Shown here: one piece after another, positions 63,231-64,000 of the stretch
How positions within the stretch are numbered: position 1 is the stretch's first letter
Layout of the letters: every line of letters starts with the position of its first letter
From: Eubacteriales bacterium
GTDB taxonomy: Bacteria; Bacillota; Clostridia; Oscillospirales; CAG-382
DNA: 64,000 nt
Reading direction: 5' to 3'
Assembly: GCA_050953105.1 (NCBI GenBank)
Contig: JBMNMA010000007.1
Coordinates: 130,461 to 194,460, forward strand
Translations under genes and position numbers: made by a program
Notes under the pieces: model-generated
Seen by the model: the letters and a program-made list of their open reading frames with translations, nothing else
What the model was told of the DNA's origin: nothing
The model's database searches: none

Positions 63231-64000
63231 TCAAGCCTTTTTTTCCGGGATTTTTAGCACCGGCGACTTTCCGTCAAAGGTTAAAACAGTTTCGCAGTCG
63301 CCATCCTCGTTTTTAACTCCGGCGGATATATCGGCCATAATCCGGTCGGCAAACCTTGCGGCAGATGCCGCACCGTTTTGTTTTACGGATTGTTTTTCAA
63401 GATATTCGTAAAACTCGCTTGAAAAGCTCACCCTGCCTTTAAAATATCTGTCGGCATATTCACTACACCGCTTTGACATTATTTTAAACAGGCTTCGGGC
63501 AGACAGGGAGGGGAAGCAAATCACCTCGTCAGCCTTGCCGTCGAAAATTTCGGGTACAACCGAAGATAAGCTGCCGGCCGGCATAAACCCGGTGGCTTTC
63601 ATACCCCTTTGGGGGGATATAATAACCAGAACAAAGGCGCAGCCGAAGCTGACTGTGTTCCCCGACGAATCGGTAAGCACCCCCTCCTCAAGTATGCGGG
63701 AGATAATTGCCTGAACATCCGGGTGGGCCTTTTCGGCGGAATCGAAAATCAGGGCGGAATAGGGAAGCCGCCTTATTTTTTCGGCAAGGGCGGTTTCCTC
63801 ACCGTAGCCGAGATAGCCGGGGGGCGAACCTATCAGCTTTGAAACGGTATGGCTTTCGGTAAATTCGTTCATGTCAAGGCGGATAACGCTGGTAAAGCAG
63901 GCGGCCTTGGTGAAAACATTGGCAGCGTAGCTTTTGCCTGCCCCCTTATCCCCTGCCAAAATAACGCTTGCGGGGCGGCTGCCGGCATTCGACCGGGAAA
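63231..64000 (-). CDS. Clp/Hsp100-type AAA+ D2-like protein, 5' end outside window, degenerate Walker B
   Basis: The frame stays open to the window edge. P-loop GDKGAGKS, SKLIGSPPGYLGYGE, and LIFDSAEKAHPDV where ClpB/ClpC have DE.EKAHPDV. Confidence 0.7.
   Translation of the reverse strand, partial: SRSNAGSRPASVILAGDKGAGKSYAANVFTKAACFTSVIRLDMNEFTESHTVSKLIGSPPGYLGYGEETALAEKIRRLPYSALIFDSAEKAHPDVQAIISRILEEGVLTDSSGNTVSFGCAFVLVIISPQRGMKATGFMPAGSLSSVVPEIFDGKADEVICFPSLSARSLFKIMSKRCSEYADRYFKGRVSFSSEFYEYLEKQSVKQNGAASAARFADRIMADISAGVKNEDGDCETVLTFDGKSPVLKIPEKKA

Overview
This is a chromosomal segment of a Gram-positive anaerobe. It looks like class Clostridia, possibly Oscillospiraceae/Ruminococcaceae, judging from gene content: a dockerin protein, a sortase B and Clostridia-type DUF families. 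I could not run any homology search, so all family assignments come from motifs read directly in the translations.

Most of the window is conserved housekeeping:
- tig-clpP-clpX
- hslO, an M24 peptidase and efp
- ruvX, asnB, secA
- trmL-mnmE-mnmG-rsmG
- coaD-rsmD-uvrC
- ylxM-ffh-rpsP-KH-rimM-trmD
- two tRNAs, Leu-CAG and Gln-UUG

The accessory content is as follows:
1. The left edge (1-2436) holds a MerR fragment, a twice-frameshifted lipoprotein alpha/beta hydrolase and an orphan tnpV next to tRNA-Leu. This may be a remnant of a mobile element.
2. A glycan-utilisation patch (12.6-19.6 kb) holds a GH84 with discoidin modules, a DUF4430 lipoprotein, an AEC transporter, and a DUF4855/discoidin protein with an N-terminal dockerin.
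3. A type IV pilus-like operon (39143-46030) encodes a pilin, a PilM-like protein, two minor pilins, PilD, PilC and PilB. With no intervening terminator it runs on into two large uncharacterised cytoplasmic proteins (46046-50540). The first is a SAP-motif protein with a restriction-endonuclease-like C-terminus. The second is a 962-aa helical protein.

The 46046-50540 two-gene extension is my best candidate for an undescribed system.

Other oddities:
- an HPr-like protein with Arg in place of the catalytic His15, behind a perfectly palindromic promoter
- a pair of related polytopic membrane proteins between secA and asnB
- an orphan 419-aa pilin-like protein
- a Clp-type AAA+ fragment lacking the Walker B glutamate

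I saw no CRISPR array, rRNA, transposase or integrase.
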